64,000 nucleotides of DNA from an uncultured Pseudanabaenaceae cyanobacterium (GTDB lineage: Bacteria; Cyanobacteriota; Cyanobacteriia; PCC-9006; JAAUQQ01), in assembly GCA_938017515.1 (NCBI GenBank), contig CALIJJ010000209.1, forward strand, positions 10,108 to 74,107. The letters run 5' to 3'. The position numbers and the translations under genes were made by a program. The number at the start of each line of letters is the position of its first letter. Position 1 is the stretch's first letter. The notes beneath the pieces are model-generated. The model was not told where the DNA came from, made no database searches, and was given only the letters and a program-made list of their open reading frames with translations. Below, one piece after another: positions 60,320 through 64,000 of this stretch.

Positions 60320-60958
60320 TTATGAGGAGGCAGAGGCCTCGGGTTCAATGGTCTTGGGTCCATCAACAACACGACGCAGCACGCCATTGATAAATCGTCT
60401 GCCCTCTTCATCACTGTATCGTTTTGCTAGCTCCACAGCTTCATCGATGGCAACCTTGTGGGGGAGTCCCATGAATTCCATCTCTGCGACGGCAATGCGT
60501 AGGATGTCTTGGTCCACGCGAGGAAGACGACTGAGACGCCAGTTCACCATGGATGCGCCCAGTTTTTCATCCACTGCTTCCCGATTGGTTTTGACGCAGC
60601 GGCTGACCTGCAACGCATAGGACTGAACCTCCTGCTGATTGGTCATTTGCAGCATTTCTGGGAATTCCAAGGCCCGGGCCGTTCGATTGATGGCTCGGCG
60701 GGTCAGTTCGCTGGCTTCCTGGACCGTTGCTTTGCTGCTGTTGAGGGTGACAGCATCCACTTCTAGGGAGAAAAGGCGATCGCCACTTTGACTAATTTCA
60801 TCACTGGCGGTGGCCAAGAGATCCTGTGCTTCTGCGGTGAGCACCCGAATCGCAGCCAAAATCATTTCCTGGAGGGTGACATTCTTTTCGACAGCGCTTT
60901 TGGAAAACTGACTGAGGCTCAAGAGGGCCAATTCGCGGGCAATTTGTCGAGCTTGCAT
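60320..60958 (-). CDS. nusB: Transcription antitermination factor NusB
   Basis: All-helical ~210-aa protein with NusB signature blocks (ARELALLSLSQ, RLPRVDQDILRIAVAEM). Lies 86 bp upstream of ftsY. Confidence 0.85.
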   Translation of the reverse strand: MQARQIARELALLSLSQFSKSAVEKNVTLQEMILAAIRVLTAEAQDLLATASDEISQSGDRLFSLEVDAVTLNSSKATVQEASELTRRAINRTARALEFPEMLQMTNQQEVQSYALQVSRCVKTNREAVDEKLGASMVNWRLSRLPRVDQDILRIAVAEMEFMGLPHKVAIDEAVELAKRYSDEEGRRFINGVLRRVVDGPKTIEPEASASS

Positions 60959-61118
60959 AACGGAAGTGGGGGTGACGGAGAGCAGGCGGAAGGCCAGTGC
61001 AGAAGAACGAATCGCTGGGATGACTCGTGTTTAGAAGAACTAGTGTGCCAGAGCATGAATGCCCGTGGACCGGGGAACGATGTTTTCGACCCGGTTGCCC
61101 AGCATTAGTCTCGCAGCA

Positions 61119-61868
61119 TTAGGATGGCTCTTCTTCCAGCGAAGGCAAGGGGAGACGGCGATCGACCGGCAGCGATTTGGCCACACGCGGCTTCACAGGT
61201 TCGGACCGGTTGAGGCTTTCAGGATCCACAATTCCGCCGGAGATCAAAATCTTGAATGCATTTTCCACGGACATGGAGGTTTGAATGACATCTTTCTCCG
61301 GGACAATGGCATACCAACCACTGGTGGGGTTGGGGGTCGTTGGGATAAAAACGCTGATGAGGGTTTGAGCGGGGTCGGGGTTGAGGGCCGCAGCAACGCC
61401 CCCGGTGACAAAACCGATGGTCCACATACTTCGTCGGGGATACTCCACCAGCACCACACGACTGAAACGGCTACCGGAGCCCAGCACGGTGGAGAGGAGC
61501 TGTTTCAGGGTTGTATAGACTGATCCAGCGAGGGGAATGGCCTTCAGCGTGCGTTCTCCAAAGTCCAGCAACCAACGACCCGCAATATTGCGAGCCATCA
61601 GGCCAATAATCAAAATGCTGAACAGGGGTACCGCAAGACCGATGGTGAGGTTGAGCAAATCGCCCAAGAGGGGATTGAGCTCAATAAAGGGATTGAGTTG
61701 TTTCGGAATGCTGGTCAAAAAATCGACCACCCAACGGGCCACCGTGATGGTGAGCCAGATGGTCGTGGCGAGGGGAATGACCACCAGTAGGCCCGCAATC
61801 AAATCATTTTTCAGATCCTGGCGCAGGCGTTGGGCGAGTGTAAGTCCGTTTTCCTCTGGCAGAGACAT
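61119..61868 (-). CDS. DUF502-family membrane protein
   Basis: N-terminal TM pair and the conserved GxVxTxPxxxSGWY-type region (FIPTTPNPTSGWYAIVPEKDV). Upstream of nusB, as in many cyanobacteria. Confidence 0.75.
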   Translation of the reverse strand: MSLPEENGLTLAQRLRQDLKNDLIAGLLVVIPLATTIWLTITVARWVVDFLTSIPKQLNPFIELNPLLGDLLNLTIGLAVPLFSILIIGLMARNIAGRWLLDFGERTLKAIPLAGSVYTTLKQLLSTVLGSGSRFSRVVLVEYPRRSMWTIGFVTGGVAAALNPDPAQTLISVFIPTTPNPTSGWYAIVPEKDVIQTSMSVENAFKILISGGIVDPESLNRSEPVKPRVAKSLPVDRRLPLPSLEEEPS

Positions 61869-62019
61869 TCAGATGACGAAAGCGTGAGCAGTGCTTAGGC
61901 TGAAGTTTCGGAAGCTCAAGAGGCAAGGCCAAGACTACCCAGGACAACACCCGAGAGATGATGGAATCGCGCTCAAAAGCTCCAGAAGCCTTACCGGGCC
62001 TTGGAGCTTTACGATTATC

Positions 62020-62973
62020 TCAGGTTTGTTGTAATTCTACGAGATCAGCCGAACCGTCAAGCTGCCCGATAGGTTTGCCGTGATCCCCAGATTGGGGTGA
62101 TGGGTCTAGTCCTGGACCTGCAGACGGAGGATGGAGCGGGGTGGCATAAACGTCGTCATAGGGGCGGTGCTGAATCTCCCAAACCTTCAAGACAATGATG
62201 TATTCGTAGAACATTTGCAGCAGACACCAGCGCAGTCCTGCCTGTCCATCCAAGAACCCCCGCAAAAAGAAATACATATAGATGAAACGAATCAGGGGCC
62301 GAAGGGGAGTGCGTTGGGAGATGTCCTTGAGGGCATGACGCCGTTCAATTTCGGTTTTACCAAAGAGGGCGGATTTCCAATCCAGACGGCCATGGCTGAG
62401 CTGACGGATGGTTTCGTTCGCTTCGTCAGTGGAGTAGCGATTGTGCTTATCGAGCCAGCGGCTGAGTCCCTTGCCGGAGGTGTAGTGGGGATAGGTTTCC
62501 TTGAGGAAGCCTGTGGTTCCGTCGCAGACTTCCCGTTCGGTGTGACCATAGTCGTCGAACCAGACATGTTGGGGATTGAGCAGACGCATCTGATAGCGCG
62601 GGTACTGGGTGCTGTGGCGAATCCAGTGACCCATGAACATGACCCGTTCGGCAGCGAAGAAACCTACGTGGTCAGTTGTTTTGATGATGTCGCAGCATTC
62701 CTGGAACAGTTCCGGTGTCATGCGTTCATCGGCTTCTAGGATGTAGACCCAGTCGTACTTTGCTGGCACCTCTCGCAACATCCAGGTGCGCTGTTTGCCG
62801 TGGCTTTCAAATTTGTGGGGAATGAAGCGAACGGGATATTGCTGTGCGATCGCGGCGGTGCGATCGCTGCTCAGCGAATCCACCACGATGATGTCGTCCG
62901 AGAGCTGGGCCGATTCAATGCAGGCTGCAATGTCTCGCTCTTCGTTATAGGTCAGGATATAAATCGAGAACAT
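62020..62973 (-). CDS. Family 2 glycosyltransferase
   Basis: MFSIYILTYNEERDI...VVDSLSSDRT...DxD (ILEADE). GT-A fold. Confidence 0.8.
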   Translation of the reverse strand: MFSIYILTYNEERDIAACIESAQLSDDIIVVDSLSSDRTAAIAQQYPVRFIPHKFESHGKQRTWMLREVPAKYDWVYILEADERMTPELFQECCDIIKTTDHVGFFAAERVMFMGHWIRHSTQYPRYQMRLLNPQHVWFDDYGHTEREVCDGTTGFLKETYPHYTSGKGLSRWLDKHNRYSTDEANETIRQLSHGRLDWKSALFGKTEIERRHALKDISQRTPLRPLIRFIYMYFFLRGFLDGQAGLRWCLLQMFYEYIIVLKVWEIQHRPYDDVYATPLHPPSAGPGLDPSPQSGDHGKPIGQLDGSADLVELQQT

Positions 62974-63271
62974 GACAGACTACTCCAGCCTTAAAACATC
63001 AATGTCTTAGTAGACGCCCGTTGGAACTAAATCGAGCTTGCTTGCCCTGCTTGGGTTCGTGAACATCCTTTGTTATGCCCCGTGGTCAACCCCGCCTGCT
63101 TCGTTTAGGATGCCCGTCCTGGTTGCTTCAGTTGCCATTTTTAAGGGGGCTCAGCATTGCTGAGCCCCCTGTGTTGGGTGGGCCTATCGTCAGACATCCG
63201 ACTCTAGAGGAGCTGTCGATAGACTCACGTCATCATGGCGAGTCTTGGAGAGGACGAGTCGTGGAGAGGTC

Positions 63272-64000
63272 CTATTGACGCATGCCGCGGAGACCCGTCC
63301 AGCCGACAACGGCGTAGGCGATCGCCAGTAGTAAGCCACTCAAACCAGTCCGCAGGGTTGATTTCAGTGCGGCAGACTCGGCACCCCCGGTGGCCTGTTC
63401 TCGGCGCTTCTGAATTTCATCCTTGAGACGATTCTCCTCTTCCTGTGCCTTTTCCTGCAGGTAAGCATCAATGGAAGCGGGTTGATCCTGGAACTGCTGG
63501 AGCAGCTTCACCTGATCATCCTGAATCTGTCCACTCGAAATAGCCTGCGTCAGCGCCTCTTCATTTTGGAGTAGGGCTTGGATACGACCGCGTTCCTGCT
63601 GGACCTGGTTGGCAACGGCTCCCGAAAGGCCGGTTTCCGCTTGGGTTGCCTGTTCTGTAATCGTGGTGAGCTGCTGCTGTTGTGCAGCACGGGCGTTCGT
63701 AATGTGGAAGGGCACCAAGAGCAGGAAGATCAAGCCCAGCAAGCTTGCCAAACCCAGAGATGCCATGCGCATCCCGGAAAGACCGGGCATGCGACGACCG
63801 TCCATATGTTCACTGATCCAACTGCCCACCAGCAGGAATGTGATGCCGACCAAAGGCACAATGCCTCGATCCACCATTTGCCCCGCTAGGCCAATTTTCC
63901 ACTGGAGGTCACCAAAGTTGGGCGGTAAGAGCAAAATGACGTAGTCGAGGAGGGACGTCAAAATGAGGACAATGCCCGCAATAATCAAGGTCCGGGCGGC
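63272..64000 (-). CDS. Membrane protein with coiled-coil segment, partial (N-terminus beyond window end)
   Basis: The reading frame stays open to the window edge, and the apparent M at 63988 is a TTG codon. Has two or more TM helices, a Q-rich coiled coil and a C-terminal TM helix. Confidence 0.5.
   Translation of the reverse strand, partial: AARTLIIAGIVLILTSLLDYVILLLPPNFGDLQWKIGLAGQMVDRGIVPLVGITFLLVGSWISEHMDGRRMPGLSGMRMASLGLASLLGLIFLLLVPFHITNARAAQQQQLTTITEQATQAETGLSGAVANQVQQERGRIQALLQNEEALTQAISSGQIQDDQVKLLQQFQDQPASIDAYLQEKAQEEENRLKDEIQKRREQATGGAESAALKSTLRTGLSGLLLAIAYAVVGWTGLRGMRQ

Noticed and set aside
62131-62739. 202-aa + strand ORF inside the GT2 glycosyltransferase gene
   Set aside because: Antisense shadow. 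The GT2 frame has the family motifs.

Overview
This window is a GC-rich (about 58%) cyanobacterial chromosomal segment. The HIP1 octamer GCGATCGC recurs dozens of times. Most of it is ordinary core genome on both strands.

Core genes recognised:
- The conserved rpmH-rnpA-PH-domain-yidC-jag cluster (0.3-3.2 kb).
- The ergothioneine pair egtB-egtD.
- A transmembrane Ser/Thr kinase.
- An NdhR/CcmR/CmpR-like LysR regulator.
- Also pip, valS, recN, argH, ftsY, nusB and a DUF502 gene.
- An ABC1 kinase.
- A GAF-PP2C phosphatase.
- A GT2 glycosyltransferase.
- Three scattered Uma2 (DUF820) endonuclease-like genes.

The patches that stand out:
1. 22.7-28.2 kb: a MarR-headed redox cluster. It holds a CDGSH Fe-S protein, a type-II NADH dehydrogenase, DoxX, an extradiol dioxygenase, a Xi-class GST (glutathionyl-hydroquinone reductase) and a Nu-class GST. 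An 18-bp inverted repeat in front of it is a likely operator.
2. 28.2-32.4 kb: an AT-richer accessory-looking patch. It holds a candidate sRNA, a decayed paralog, two intact paralogous small Sec-signal proteins, a further small secreted tandem-repeat peptide, and an orphan RTX calcium-binding protein with no type I secretion genes nearby.
3. 32.7-39.7 kb: a B12-binding radical SAM enzyme, a small ORF, a PLP-dependent decarboxylase, and a 1022-aa surface protein carrying plant-type LRRs, cadherin-like domains and FG-GAP repeats.
4. 18.6-20.1 kb: an unannotatable 317-aa ORF. Its start codon lies 10 bp from the divergent start of an ABC exporter. A 560-bp AT-rich non-coding spacer follows it, between convergent genes.

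No tRNA, rRNA, CRISPR array, transposase or integrase was found. Coordinates for features I located by eye, rather than from the ORF track, may be off by 1-2 nt.
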